From NCBI GenBank assembly GCA_004431415.1, contig QPMI01000266.1, positions 15,457 through 79,456 of the forward strand: DNA of 64,000 bases, in the 5' to 3' direction. A program made the translations under genes and the position numbers. Below are positions 12,516 through 23,619 of this stretch, piece by piece (positions within the stretch are counted from its first letter, which is position 1; every line of letters begins with the position of its first letter). The notes beneath the pieces were generated by a model. It was not told the origin of the DNA. It was given only the letters and a program-made list of their open reading frames with translations, and searched no databases. This stretch comes from Cyanophora paradoxa CCMP329 (lineage: Eukaryota; Plantae; Glaucophyta).

Positions 12516-13967
12516 ATGAATATTCTTGCATCTTTAATTTTAACCCCAATTATTGGTAGTATATTAATTTTTTTTCTGAAATCTCAAAGAAATATAAAGA
12601 TTGTTGGTATTACAACAACACTAATTACATTATTTTTATCAATTATTTTATGGATTATTTTTAATAATTTATTTATTTATCCACAGCATGTAATAACAAT
12701 AAATTGGATACCTATTGAGAATTTTCAGCCAAAACTTGGAGTTGATGGAATATCTCTTTTTTTTATTATTTTAAGTACAGCGATTATACCAATTTGTTTA
12801 ATGGCTAGTTTACAAGGAATAAAAAAACAACTTCGAGAATTTTTTATATGTTTTTTGTTATTAGAGAGTTTATTAATTCTTGTATTTTCTTCTTTTGATT
12901 TATTTTTATTTTATTTATTTTTTGAAGGTGTATTAATACCGATGTTCTTAATAATAGGAGTATGGGGTTCCAGAGAAAGAAAAATTCGTGCTGGTTATTA
13001 TTTTTTCTTATATACTTTAATAGGTTCTGTTTTAATGTTATTGGGTATTATTTGGATTTATTATAAAACAGGTACGACGGATTTAACAATATTGTATCAA
13101 ATAAAATTTGATGAAACAGAGCAGTTATTATTATGGCTAGCTTTTTTTTCTTCTTTTGCTGTTAAAGTTCCTATGATTCCTTTCCACATATGGTTGCCAG
13201 AAGCCCATGTTGAATCTCCTACAGCTGGGTCTTTAATGTTAGCTGGTGTACTTTTAAAATTAGGAACATATGGATTTTTACGTTTTTCTATACCATTATT
13301 TCCAATGGCTAGTATCTATTTTACCCCTCTTATATATACTATGAGTTTAATTGGAATTATTTACGGATCTCTAACCACATTACGACAAATTGATTTAAAA
13401 AAAATAATTGCATATTCATCGGTTGCCCATATGAGTTTTGTCACTTTAGGTTTATTTGGATTAAATGTACAGTCAATTGAAGGTTCTATAATGTTAATGA
13501 TAAGTCATGGTATTGTTAGTCCTGCTTTATTTTTGCTTGTTGGTATTTTATATGATCGTTATCATACCCGTTTATTGTACTATTATAGTGGATTAGTTCA
13601 TATTATGCCTATATTTGCATTATTTTTTGTTTTTTTTACAATGGCAAATATAAGTTTACCGGGTACAAGCAGTTTTGTTGGGGAATTTTTAAGTTTACTT
13701 GGTGTATATCAGAATAATAATTCTGTTGCTATTATTGCAACTTTAGGAATTATTTTGGGTGCAGCATATGCATTATGGTTATGTAATAGAATAATTTTTG
13801 GCGTGATAAAAATTGATTATATAGGGTATATTGGCGATATTACAAAACGTGAATTTATTTTGTTGTTGATATTATCATTAGCTACTATATTTATTGGTAT
13901 TTATCCAAATATTTTTTTTTCATCAATGCATGTAAGTGTTAGTTATTTAATAACACAGTTATTTTAA
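12516..13967 (+). CDS. nad4: NADH dehydrogenase subunit 4
   Basis: KVPMIPFHIWLPEAHVESPT, KKIIAYSSVAHM. Confidence 0.98.
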   Translation: MNILASLILTPIIGSILIFFLKSQRNIKIVGITTTLITLFLSIILWIIFNNLFIYPQHVITINWIPIENFQPKLGVDGISLFFIILSTAIIPICLMASLQGIKKQLREFFICFLLLESLLILVFSSFDLFLFYLFFEGVLIPMFLIIGVWGSRERKIRAGYYFFLYTLIGSVLMLLGIIWIYYKTGTTDLTILYQIKFDETEQLLLWLAFFSSFAVKVPMIPFHIWLPEAHVESPTAGSLMLAGVLLKLGTYGFLRFSIPLFPMASIYFTPLIYTMSLIGIIYGSLTTLRQIDLKKIIAYSSVAHMSFVTLGLFGLNVQSIEGSIMLMISHGIVSPALFLLVGILYDRYHTRLLYYYSGLVHIMPIFALFFVFFTMANISLPGTSSFVGEFLSLLGVYQNNNSVAIIATLGIILGAAYALWLCNRIIFGVIKIDYIGYIGDITKREFILLLILSLATIFIGIYPNIFFSSMHVSVSYLITQLF

Positions 13968-13993
13968 AGTAAAATATCTTCATTAAATTATAA

Positions 13994-14074
13994 ACAGGTA
14001 TGATGAAATTGGTAGACATGTTTGATTTAGGCTCAAGTGGTTAAACCATGCAGGTTCGAGTCCTGCTACCTGTA
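13994..14074 (+). tRNA. trnL: tRNA-Leu(UAG)
   Basis: TTTGA-TTTAGGC-TCAAG, long variable arm. Confidence 0.92.
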
Positions 14075-14166
14075 GTTTGTTTTATTATTTTCAATTTATA
14101 AATTATAATAAATTTAATTGTTTTTAATTTTTAGGATCAAATAGTAACAAGACATATATATATATA

Positions 14167-15609
14167 ATGGGCGCACTAACTTCAAAACCATATGCCTTTA
14201 TGGCAAGACCTTGGGAATTAACTAGTATTGAAACAATTGATGTTCTAGATTCAGCATGTTCTGCTATTCGTGTTGATTATAAAGGTAATTTTATAATGCG
14301 TATTTTACCTAATCTTAACAATTTAATCGATCAAAATTTTATTTCTGATAAGACAAGATTTTCCCATGATGGAATAAAATTGCAACGAATTTTAACACCT
14401 TTGTTAAAAGAAAATGATACATATCATAATATTAATTGGGAAAATGCTTTTGCATTATTAAGAAAAAAAATAAATCAAGAAAATAAATTGAAAATATCTG
14501 GAATTGCCGGAAGATTGGTTGATTTGGAATCCTCTATTGCTCTAAAAAAATTAATAAATTCGTTTGGATCAAATAACTGTTTTAATTCAGAGAATATTAA
14601 ATTAAATTGTGATTTCAAAACAAATTATATTTTTAATAATAATTTATTAAATAATACTACAGATTTTTGTTTACTAATTGGTTTAAATTCACGTTTGGAA
14701 ATACCAACAGTAAATATAAAATTACGTCATTTATTTTATAGTAAAAATCTACATATTTCAGTAATTGGTTCAAAAATAAATTTGTCCTACCCAGTAGAAC
14801 AACAGAGTATAAATGCTGTTACGCTTATAAAAATACTTGAAGGTAAACATTGTTTATGTCATAAAATTGTTAAATCAAAGAATCCTTTGATTCTTATAGG
14901 ATCAAGTTATTTTCAAAGATCTGATTTTTTTTCACTGAATAATTTTTTACAATGGTTTAATTATAAAATAAATACTCTAAATATAAATTTAAATATTCAA
15001 ATAGTTTTAAACGCGGCCAGCAATCCTGGTTTTTTTGATATAGGGTTCAATCAATTGGATAATTATGCTATAAATAATTCAAAATTAATTTATTTACTTG
15101 GTGTTGACGAGTTAACTACATTAAGATATTTAAAAAAAAATATACAAAATACATTTGTTATTTATCAAGGTCATCATGGGGATAGTGGTGCAAAAATTTC
15201 AAATTTAATTTTCCCATCTTACAGTTATTTAGAAAAAGATTCAACCTATATGAATTTAAATGGTAAAATTCGTCAAACAAAAAAAATAATAACACCAGTT
15301 TCGACTTATTCTCGTGAAGATTGGAAAATTATTGTTGCTTTAAGTCAGTATTTAAATTCACCAAATTTTTTCAATTTTGATTTAACTGAATTAAAAAATA
15401 ATATAAATATTTTAAAAAATTATAATTTTTATAATTTAAAAAATTTTTATACTATTAATTCACCAATTTTGCAACGTAGCTTGAAAATCTATAATAAAAC
15501 ATTTCATTACCCATTATATAATTTTTATACAACAGATGCAATAACGCGTGCTTCAAAAACAATGATTAAATGTGATAAAATAATTAAAAAATATTTTAAT
15601 TTTATATAA
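14167..15609 (+). CDS. nad11: NADH dehydrogenase subunit 11, C-terminal (molybdopterin-fold) part only
   Basis: Starts at GALTSKPYAF..RPWEL; ISDKTRF, YQGHHGD, FYTTDAITRASKTM; Fe-S N-terminal domain absent. Confidence 0.92.
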   Translation: MGALTSKPYAFMARPWELTSIETIDVLDSACSAIRVDYKGNFIMRILPNLNNLIDQNFISDKTRFSHDGIKLQRILTPLLKENDTYHNINWENAFALLRKKINQENKLKISGIAGRLVDLESSIALKKLINSFGSNNCFNSENIKLNCDFKTNYIFNNNLLNNTTDFCLLIGLNSRLEIPTVNIKLRHLFYSKNLHISVIGSKINLSYPVEQQSINAVTLIKILEGKHCLCHKIVKSKNPLILIGSSYFQRSDFFSLNNFLQWFNYKINTLNINLNIQIVLNAASNPGFFDIGFNQLDNYAINNSKLIYLLGVDELTTLRYLKKNIQNTFVIYQGHHGDSGAKISNLIFPSYSYLEKDSTYMNLNGKIRQTKKIITPVSTYSREDWKIIVALSQYLNSPNFFNFDLTELKNNINILKNYNFYNLKNFYTINSPILQRSLKIYNKTFHYPLYNFYTTDAITRASKTMIKCDKIIKKYFNFI

Positions 15610-15693
15610 AATAATTTAATTTATCAATATGTTTTAAATATATTATTTAATACAAATAAGCTAAGCTGAACAAATTTTTTTTTATTTGAAGAT

Positions 15694-16383
15694 ATGCAAT
15701 TTTTAGTATTATTTTTAATATTTATATTCAACATTATTAAATATCAAATGTTTAATAAATATTTAAAAATATTGAACTCTATTAAACTACAGAAAATGAA
15801 TATATTTAATCACTTCCTATTTTATTATATGTTATCTTTTATTGGACAAAGCATAACACAAGTATCTGAGGATTTAGGAATAGAACGCAAAAGATGTTAT
15901 TTAGCGTTTGTACGCGGGGACCTTAATGTATGGAAAAAACGACTGGAATTGTTATCTTCGGAGGAAATTGAAAAACTTCGAAAACAAATTCGTTATGAAT
16001 TTGCAAAATATACATCAAATACACTACAAGACCTCTTTTTGATTGACTTTGATATGATAAATGCAAATTATTATTTATCGATGGATTATAGCAATCTGGT
16101 CTGGCTTCAAACGGCTGTTGGAATATTTAGATGGTTTGTATTAACTCGTGATCAATTTACCACGTTAAATGAGGATTTCTATTGTTTATGTTTTTGTTTA
16201 GAAATTAATGGCTATATTCCTGGAGATCATCTCAAATTATTAGAAAAAGCTATCACTCACGTGTTTAGAGAGCGATACCCTAACGAATATTTTGAAATGA
16301 ATACACTAGATATGGGTTTTTTAACATGGGATGAATACAATGAGATTATCGCTAATGCGCTAAATCAATTTGATGACGAGTAA
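15694..16383 (+). CDS. Orphan orf229, paralog of the disrupted ORF at 38742-39347
   Basis: Open 229 codons; shares YLxFV..DL.xW.KR, MDxSNL..L.TAxG.F.WF.LT and WDEY..IIANAL..FDD blocks with the paralog. Confidence 0.75.
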   Translation: MQFLVLFLIFIFNIIKYQMFNKYLKILNSIKLQKMNIFNHFLFYYMLSFIGQSITQVSEDLGIERKRCYLAFVRGDLNVWKKRLELLSSEEIEKLRKQIRYEFAKYTSNTLQDLFLIDFDMINANYYLSMDYSNLVWLQTAVGIFRWFVLTRDQFTTLNEDFYCLCFCLEINGYIPGDHLKLLEKAITHVFRERYPNEYFEMNTLDMGFLTWDEYNEIIANALNQFDDE

Positions 16384-16474
16384 TAAAATAACCCCCAGCT
16401 TTAAGATAAAGGGATTTTTTTAAAATTTCCAAGTATGTTGCAAATCTATTTTCAGAACCCCATAACTCCTATAA

Positions 16475-16696
16475 TCATATAATTTATTAATTAATATTGA
16501 ATTAATGCTTTTAGTAATTTATTTATATTTTGTTATATTTTTAGTTTTTATTGATGATATTGTTGGAGAAATAAGTGCATTAATTATTTTAACTATAGCG
16601 ATGGCTGAATGAGCTGTCGAATTAGCATTACTTATTGTATACTATAGAATAATAGGAGCGATTAGTATTAATAAAATAAATTTATTGCATAGATAA
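16475..16696 (+). pseudogene. nad4L: nad4L pseudogene fragment
   Basis: Translates IELMLLVI...[46 protein letters not shown]; internal TGA, no start. Confidence 0.85.
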
Positions 16697-16711
16697 ATGT
16701 TAATTATTGGG

Positions 16712-16796
16712 GGAGGGGTGGCTGAGTGGTTTAAAGCGTTCGCTTGCTAAGCGAAAGAATGTCAAAATTCCGTAGGTTCAAATCCTATTCCCTCCT
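16712..16796 (+). tRNA. trnS: tRNA-Ser(GCU), duplicate copy
   Basis: TTCGC-TTGCTAA-GCGAA; follows pseudo-nad4L just as the 40814 copy follows nad4L. Confidence 0.9.
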
Positions 16797-16956
16797 ATAT
16801 AATAAATATTTTAATTTAAATAATTTAATTGTGTATATAATAGATAATAATAATTTAAAAGCGTTAAATTAAATTTTGGGTTACAAAATTCCACCAACTT
16901 GAAAACAAATATTATTCTCGAATTAAATTGTTTATATAAATTAATGATTTTTTAAT

Positions 16957-17305
16957 ATTGTTAACCAAAATATTTGCAGATCATCCAAGCACATGGCAAT
17001 TGTATTTTCAAGACTCAGCGACCCCTATTACGGAGGGTATTGTCAACTTACATAATGATTTAATGTTTTTTTTAATTGTTATCGCTATTTTTGTTATTTG
17101 AATGCTGATTAGAACTTTAATGTTATATATTAAATCAAATAATCCTATCGCTAATTATGTGGTGTCTGAAAAAGACTTAGAACTTGGGCAGCTAGGTTAG
17201 GATTATTTGAGGTAGACAACCGCGTTTTACTGTCAGTAATGTAATATATTTGTGCAATTGTACCTGTTGCTGATTTTATATATAGTTGGGCAATACTATC
17301 ATTGT
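16957..17305 (+). pseudogene. cox2: cox2 pseudogene with internal deletion
   Basis: [32 protein letters not shown], then jumps to the V.EKDLELGQL region; stops and frameshifts. Confidence 0.88.
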
Positions 17306-17377
17306 ATACAAGAAAATTTTCGAATAATTCAATTTATGTTTTTTAAATAATAATAAATATATATAATTAAAAAAAAA

Positions 17378-18979
17378 ATGAATAAACTAAATATATTACA
17401 TACAAATTTTTTTAATAATTCAGAATTAAGATTAATTAATTATTTAATATTTTCTCTATATAAATTGTATTTAATTAACAAGCAAATACCCCTATTTTTA
17501 GTAATATTTAGCTTGCTGAGCCGTTGTTTAAATACTTTAGTAGGTTTGGTGGACTCTTTTTTAAAAAAGATGATGGATTTGATAACATATTTGATTATTA
17601 TTTTTTTAATTGTTTATATACTTACCAATTATTTACATATTCATGATTGTATTGATTTTATTTTTATGAATATGATAATTAGGCTACAATTTATAATATC
17701 GGGAAATTCTATAAAAAATTATAAATTAACAAAGTCGTCTATAAAATTTTTGGATAAATCAAAATCAGTAATCATAAGTCATAATCAAAAAGTTTCAACA
17801 CATAAATTTAAATTGTCAAAACGTTTTTTTCATTCAACCCCTTTAATATTATTCCCACCACGTCTTACAACTAGTTCTAGTTCAAAAATGTCTAGTCTAG
17901 TTTCAAAACAACCTGTAGTCATTCATTTTCGAAATGGTGATAAAAATCCAATAGAACTACAAAAAAAACAACTAAAGGTTATATTATCATTAAAAAATCC
18001 GGGAAATTTAGTAATAGAAAAGGGTGGGGTAGTTTCTTTTCAGCATATTGAAGAAAATATCTCAATTAAAACTTTATTTAAAAGTAATCAATGTCTTTTT
18101 AATAAATTAAATATACAAGATGATACACAACTTATTAAATTTCTACAAACCTTTTTGTCTCACTTAGAACATATTGACCCACAAGACTATAATAAAATGG
18201 TGTTATTAGGGGTTTCAAGTATGTATGATTCTAATTTTTACGATCTTTTGCTTAAAGATCGAAAAAATTTACTCTTACCATTCCGTATTTTAAAAAAACA
18301 TGCGAATTCAAATCTAGATCCACTATCTTTCAAAAAATTTCTTAAATTAGTTCATGACGCAGAGCGTGCTAATCCTCTTGCAAAGAAACTTATGGTCTTT
18401 TCGAAGGAGGAATGGTTAAAATTAAAATTTTTAAATTCAGAAAAAATACTGTGTTCAAATTTTCAAGATACTATATTATTATCTCAAATATATAACCAAG
18501 CTCAACCCATTTTAAAGAAATATAATATTCAAAATTTTGATCAATTTAAAGATATTTTAAGCTCAGTTTTTTCGACTTGTACAGAAAAAAATATTGGATT
18601 AGAAGATTTTATAAAATATGGTAAATCAATATTTATATTAAATAAGTCTATAGGATTATCTATAGAAGCAATAGTGCAAGATTCAACAGGAATAGATACA
18701 TTGACAAATACGGTATATTCACATAAGCTTACATGTCCAACTTTTAAGCCAGAAATAATGTTTCAATATACAAATATGATAAATCCAACAAAGCCAAAAA
18801 ATTCCACAAATGAAAAACAACAAGCTATGTCAGATAAAAAACAAACTATGGATCAAAAAGATACTGATTTCTTAACCAAAACTCTAGATTATATAAAAAA
18901 ATCAAAAACGATACTTGCAGAAGTTCCACCTTCTATTAAAGCCGCTGTTTCTTATTATATAATGAAAAAGTTTTGGTAA
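17378..18979 (+). CDS. Orphan orf533 with cob-derived N-terminus
   Basis: First ~38 aa align to Cob N-terminus (TNFFNNSxLRLINYxIFS); remainder unidentified; paralogs orf427 and orf544. Confidence 0.8.
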   Translation: MNKLNILHTNFFNNSELRLINYLIFSLYKLYLINKQIPLFLVIFSLLSRCLNTLVGLVDSFLKKMMDLITYLIIIFLIVYILTNYLHIHDCIDFIFMNMIIRLQFIISGNSIKNYKLTKSSIKFLDKSKSVIISHNQKVSTHKFKLSKRFFHSTPLILFPPRLTTSSSSKMSSLVSKQPVVIHFRNGDKNPIELQKKQLKVILSLKNPGNLVIEKGGVVSFQHIEENISIKTLFKSNQCLFNKLNIQDDTQLIKFLQTFLSHLEHIDPQDYNKMVLLGVSSMYDSNFYDLLLKDRKNLLLPFRILKKHANSNLDPLSFKKFLKLVHDAERANPLAKKLMVFSKEEWLKLKFLNSEKILCSNFQDTILLSQIYNQAQPILKKYNIQNFDQFKDILSSVFSTCTEKNIGLEDFIKYGKSIFILNKSIGLSIEAIVQDSTGIDTLTNTVYSHKLTCPTFKPEIMFQYTNMINPTKPKNSTNEKQQAMSDKKQTMDQKDTDFLTKTLDYIKKSKTILAEVPPSIKAAVSYYIMKKFW

Positions 18980-19002
18980 ATTACTAACATAATATATAAA
19001 TA

Positions 19003-19200
19003 ATTTTATGCTATATTAAGATCGATTCCAGATAAATTAGATGGTGTAATTGCCCTGTTCTCCGTAACTATTGTATTACTTTTACTTCCATATTTATATC
19101 CCGGAAATTGCATAATTCAATCTTTAGACAATTTTATAGAAAAGTTTTTTGGATTTTTTTTAATTTATTTACCTAATTAATGGGATAATCGAAAATTACC
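19003..19200 (+). pseudogene. cob: cob 3' fragment
   Basis: [32 protein letters not shown] matches Cob [32 protein letters not shown]. Confidence 0.88.
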
Positions 19201-19498
19201 TATTCAAGAATTGTTGTGCAATAAATGATTATAGTTAATCAAAAAAATATATTAAATAAATAGTACTGGCAACTAATGCTTTATCTTTTAACTATATTAT
19301 TAATATTGTTTTTAATAAATTCAATTTAAAAAAAAGCATACCAAAAAAAATTAATAAAATTCTCTAAAAACATAATTCTTATTAGTAACATATTGCGGTT
19401 TATTTATTTATTTGTTATGCATTACATCACAAAAAAACTCATTTTTTTTTTATTAATAAAGATTAAAATATTTTGTAAGTTTAAAAAATTTATTTTTA

Positions 19499-20094
19499 AT
19501 GAAAATTAAATTACAAATGGAATTACAAAAATTTTCCCTAAAACATTTTTCTCAATTAATTACAAAAATTATCCCAAGATTAATAAAAGATGTCTTTATT
19601 ATAAATAATGAGCTTATTTTAATTGTAGAAAATAATAATTTAAATAGTACTCTTTTTTTTTGAAATATCACACATATACCCAATACAAAGTACTTTGTGA
19701 TATAACCGCAGTAGATTTTCTAGATCGTATCGAACGTTTTGAAGTAGTTTATCAATTTCTAAGTGTTTCTTATGCATCAAGATTAAGAATTAAAGTAAAT
19801 TTAAAAGAAACTGAACTAATAAACTCAATATCAATGTTGTATCCTTGTGCTAATTGGTATGAACGTGAAATTTGGGATTTATTTGGTATTTTTTTTATGA
19901 ATCATCCAGACTTAAGAAGAATTTTAACAGATTATGGTTTTGAGGGGCATCCCTTAAAAAAAGATTTTCCTCTTAGTGGATATTTAGAGGTGCGTTATGA
20001 TGATATCGTAAAACAAGTAATTTGTGAGCCTGTTGATATAACTCAAGAGTTTAGAAATTTCAATTTTTCCAGTCCTTGGGAAATAACACAATAA
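19499..20094 (+). CDS. nad9: NADH dehydrogenase subunit 9, copy A (1-nt shorter poly-T near 19655)
   Basis: [35 protein letters not shown]; intact in copy B. Confidence 0.9.
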
Positions 20095-20138
20095 AATTTT
20101 TTTATTATTAATTAAATAATTTAACAAATAAACTAAAT

Positions 20139-20975
20139 ATGCATCGTCATACTTATCATTTGGTAAATCCAAGCCCATGGCCAATAACAACCGCATTTTC
20201 TGCGTTTATTATGCTTATAGGAGGAGTACTATATATGCATTGTTTTGCTAAGGGTGATTTTTTTTTAATATTAGGTTTAGTTTCATTATGTATAAGCATG
20301 GGTTTATGGTGGCGAGATGTTGTCCGTGAATCAACTTTTGAAGGGCACCATACTAAAGCAGTAAAAACCGGTCTACGTTATGGTATGCTGTTATTCATAC
20401 TGTCCGAAGTTATGTTTTTTTTTTCTTTTTTCTGGGCATTCTTCCATTCTAGTTTAAGCCCTATTATAGAAATCGGATCAGTATGGCCACCAGAAAATAT
20501 TAAAAACCTAGTATTTGATTCTACTCGTATTCCATTGTTGAATACTCTAATCTTATTGTTGTCTGGTGCTACATTAACCTGGTCACATCATGCAATTCTA
20601 TCCTCAAATAGAGGTAACGCTATATTTTCTTTATTCTTAACTTTACTACTTGCTTGTTTATTCACATCAATACAGGTATATGAATACATGAGCGCACAAT
20701 TTTCAATATCTGACAGTATTTATGGTTCTACTTTCTATTTAGCAACAGGATTTCATGGTTTTCATGTAATTATTGGGAGTTTATTCCTGATGGTTTGTTT
20801 TTATCGTTTAGTAAGAAACCATTTTACTAAAAGAAGCCATATAGGTTTTGAAACAGCAGCTTGGTATTGGCATTTCGTTGATGTTGTATGGTTATTTTTA
20901 TATATTAGTATATATTGCTGGGGTGGTATTCCAAGTCCAGAATTAGAGATTAGTAATTTTATTTGTGTGAAATAA
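20139..20975 (+). CDS. cox3: Cytochrome c oxidase subunit 3, copy A (intact)
   Basis: [30 protein letters not shown]. Confidence 0.98.
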   Translation: MHRHTYHLVNPSPWPITTAFSAFIMLIGGVLYMHCFAKGDFFLILGLVSLCISMGLWWRDVVRESTFEGHHTKAVKTGLRYGMLLFILSEVMFFFSFFWAFFHSSLSPIIEIGSVWPPENIKNLVFDSTRIPLLNTLILLLSGATLTWSHHAILSSNRGNAIFSLFLTLLLACLFTSIQVYEYMSAQFSISDSIYGSTFYLATGFHGFHVIIGSLFLMVCFYRLVRNHFTKRSHIGFETAAWYWHFVDVVWLFLYISIYCWGGIPSPELEISNFICVK

Positions 20976-21016
20976 TAAATATTTCCAATTTATTAATATT
21001 TTATTTCTAAATAATA

Positions 21017-21090
21017 ACATTCCTAGCTCAAACGGATAGAGCATTAGCCTTCTAAGCTACTAGTTAAAGGTTCAAGTCCTTTGGAATGTG
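21017..21090 (+). tRNA. trnR: tRNA-Arg(UCU), copy A
   Basis: Anticodon loop CTTCTAA. Confidence 0.92.
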
Positions 21091-21384
21091 AATTTGGTCA
21101 ATTACTATTTTTTCTATACTAAACTTTCAATTGATTTGTATTTAAACCATTATGTACATTAACCGTTAATATTATCAAAATATGTAAATTATATAATAAA
21201 TTATAAAAATGACTATATTACCACAAAAAAAAATATTGTTAAATTCATAATTTTTGTATTTTATAGGTAATAAAGTTTTTAATGTTATTAATTAAATTTA
21301 ATAGAAAACAAGTGTTTTTACATACTGTGGTAACAACAATTTTCATTTTATTAAAATTTAAATTTAATAACATAAAATTATACT

Positions 21385-21456
21385 CGCAAGATAGAGTAGT
21401 GGACCACTCATTGGGCTCATAATCCAACCACGGTTGTTCGATTCAACCTCTTGCAC
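21385..21456 (+). tRNA. trnfM: Initiator tRNA-fMet(CAU), copy A
   Basis: C1:A72 mismatch, TTGGG-CTCATAA-TCCAA. Confidence 0.88.
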
Positions 21457-21556
21457 TAGTATAAAAACATATTATTTTATACCTAAAAAGATAAATTTAT
21501 GTAAATTATACATATTTTTTACTACACCATAAGAATGTAATTTAAAAAATAAATTA

Positions 21557-22025
21557 GGAAATGAGTTTGATCCTGGCTCTGAATGAACGCTGGTAGTATG
21601 CTTAACACATGCAAGTTGAATGCGTAAAAACGCATGGCGTACGGGTGTGAGTAACATACAAGAATGTGCCTTTCAGTTTGCGATAAACTTTTATCAAGTG
21701 AATAGCAAATAAATTTTAAAGAAATGAAAGACAATTATGTCGTTGAAAGAAAAGCTTGTATAAGATTATATAGTTGGTGGGGTAATGGCTAACCAAGTCT
21801 ATAATCTTTAGTTGGTCTTTGCGGATGATCAGCCACGCCGGGACTGAAAAAGGCCCAGACTTCAAATTGAAGGCAGCAGTGAGGAATATTGGACAATGAG
21901 CGAAAGCTTGACCCAGCAATACTACGTGAGTGATATAAGCGATGTCTTGGGAAAGTTTAATTGATTGTAAAACTCTTTAATTGGTGAGCATAATGAGAGT
22001 AGCCAATCAAAAAGCCCTGGCCAAT

Positions 22026-22058
<33 letters not shown>

Positions 22059-22545
22059 GCAAGTGTTATTCATCATGATTGGGCGTAAAGAGTATGTAGG
22101 CAGTTTATTAATTTTAGTTGAAATTTTTTCTATAAGGAAAAAAAAACTATTATGGTTTTTGAACTTGAGTTTTTATATGGGATATTAGTATTTTTCAAGG
22201 AGCGATAAAATGCGTTGATATGAAAAGGAATACCAAACGGTGAAGACATTTATCTGGGTAAAAACTGACGCTAAGGTGCGAAAACGTGGGGAGCAAATAG
22301 GATTAGAGACCCTGGTAGTTCACGCTGTAAACGATGAGTATTCATTTTTGGTTAATTAATAATCAGAGGTTTATCTAACGCGTTAAATACTTCGCTTGAA
22401 AAGTACGTTTGCAAGAATGAAATTCAAAGGAATTGACGGGAGCTTACACAAGCCGTGGCGCATGTAGTTTAATTCAACAATACACGAAAAACCTTACCAG
22501 TTCTTGAATAAAAATAATATAATTTTAATTAATTATTTTTAAAAT
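21557..22545 (+). pseudogene. rns: Truncated SSU rRNA copy (5' two-thirds)
   Basis: GAGTTTGATCCTGGCTC, GTGCCAGCAGCCGCGGTAA; ends after AACCTTACCAG; substitutions at conserved sites relative to the full copy. Confidence 0.92.
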
Positions 22546-23578
22546 GTTTAATTATATAATAATTCTGTTTACTTTAATTATAATTTTTAATTTAATTGTA
22601 ATAATTAAATTAAATTTATCGAACAAATATTCAAAAATAATTTTTTTTAAATTACAAAAAAATATTATAATATCAGGTTTTATTTTGAGGTTTATTTGTA
22701 TAAATATAATTTATAATCCTCTATTTGAATTTTTACGTAAACATTTTGTAATAAATTATAACATTTATTATCAAAATTGGTTAGAATTTATTCTTTTTAA
22801 TTCAAAGAATAGTATAAATCAATTTAATAATGATAATGGCGACTTTTTTTATAAAGTAGTTTTACAATCTATTGAGTATGATGAATTGAATGTGACTTGC
22901 TTATTTTTTATTCATTCATCTTTTTATGAATTTTTTATCATGATTAATATATTAGGGTTTTTAATTAAATTTATTAAAGATGACTTATACAAAATCTATC
23001 TTTTTATATATTTATATATTAAGCAATACTCTATAAAATTTAGTAATTATCTGTTTTATAATTACTTAAGAAATTTTAATTTTATTTTTCTTCGATTATA
23101 TAAATATTTAAAAAATACTGTAGATTCTACTTCTGCTAATTATAAAATCAGCAATACTTTATCTAAAATATTGATTAATAATGATTCCGAGAAGTTATCT
23201 CTTCTAAACTCTTTAAATATAAATGAACACCAATTGATAAAAGTTGTACTTTTTTATTTTTGTTGTTTTTATTTTTTGTTTTTTTATTTACAAATATATA
23301 TCTTTGAAACATTATATGTATCATTTTTGTTATTACCACATTATATTTCGATGTTGCTCTATTTAATACGCTTTATGGAAAAAAACTTATTTTTACATTT
23401 TAATAGTAGAGAAAAAAATAGTTTCGGCAATCGTCGTTTTTTTATTTCTTATCCACAACTATATATATTAATTCACGAATTATCTATGCTAATAATTGTT
23501 AATATTCTTTTTTTATTATTATTAATTTTTATTTGTTATTATATTTATATGTTTTTTATTAATATTTTAAATTATTAA
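22544..23578 (+). CDS. Orphan membrane protein orf344, paralog of the ORF at 41227-42186
   Basis: 344 open codons, several hydrophobic segments; alignable to the paralog at both ends. Confidence 0.7.
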   Translation: MFNYIIILFTLIIIFNLIVIIKLNLSNKYSKIIFFKLQKNIIISGFILRFICINIIYNPLFEFLRKHFVINYNIYYQNWLEFILFNSKNSINQFNNDNGDFFYKVVLQSIEYDELNVTCLFFIHSSFYEFFIMINILGFLIKFIKDDLYKIYLFIYLYIKQYSIKFSNYLFYNYLRNFNFIFLRLYKYLKNTVDSTSANYKISNTLSKILINNDSEKLSLLNSLNINEHQLIKVVLFYFCCFYFLFFYLQIYIFETLYVSFLLLPHYISMLLYLIRFMEKNLFLHFNSREKNSFGNRRFFISYPQLYILIHELSMLIIVNILFLLLLIFICYYIYMFFINILNY

Positions 23579-23619
23579 TTATATAATTACAATTTTATAT
23601 AACTAACCACGTACGTTTA

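Larger units (their letters stand above)
17350..22545 (+). repeat. Direct repeat copy A (~5.2 kb): orf533, pseudo-cob, nad9, cox3, trnR, trnfM, partial rns
   Basis: Near-identical to about 25455-30621 but with many substitutions, so a real duplication. Confidence 0.93.

Noticed and set aside
21245-21919. Short ORFs antisense to or inside rRNA and tRNA genes (also 29324-31081 and 34800-35169)
   Set aside because: Shadow ORFs of structural RNA genes
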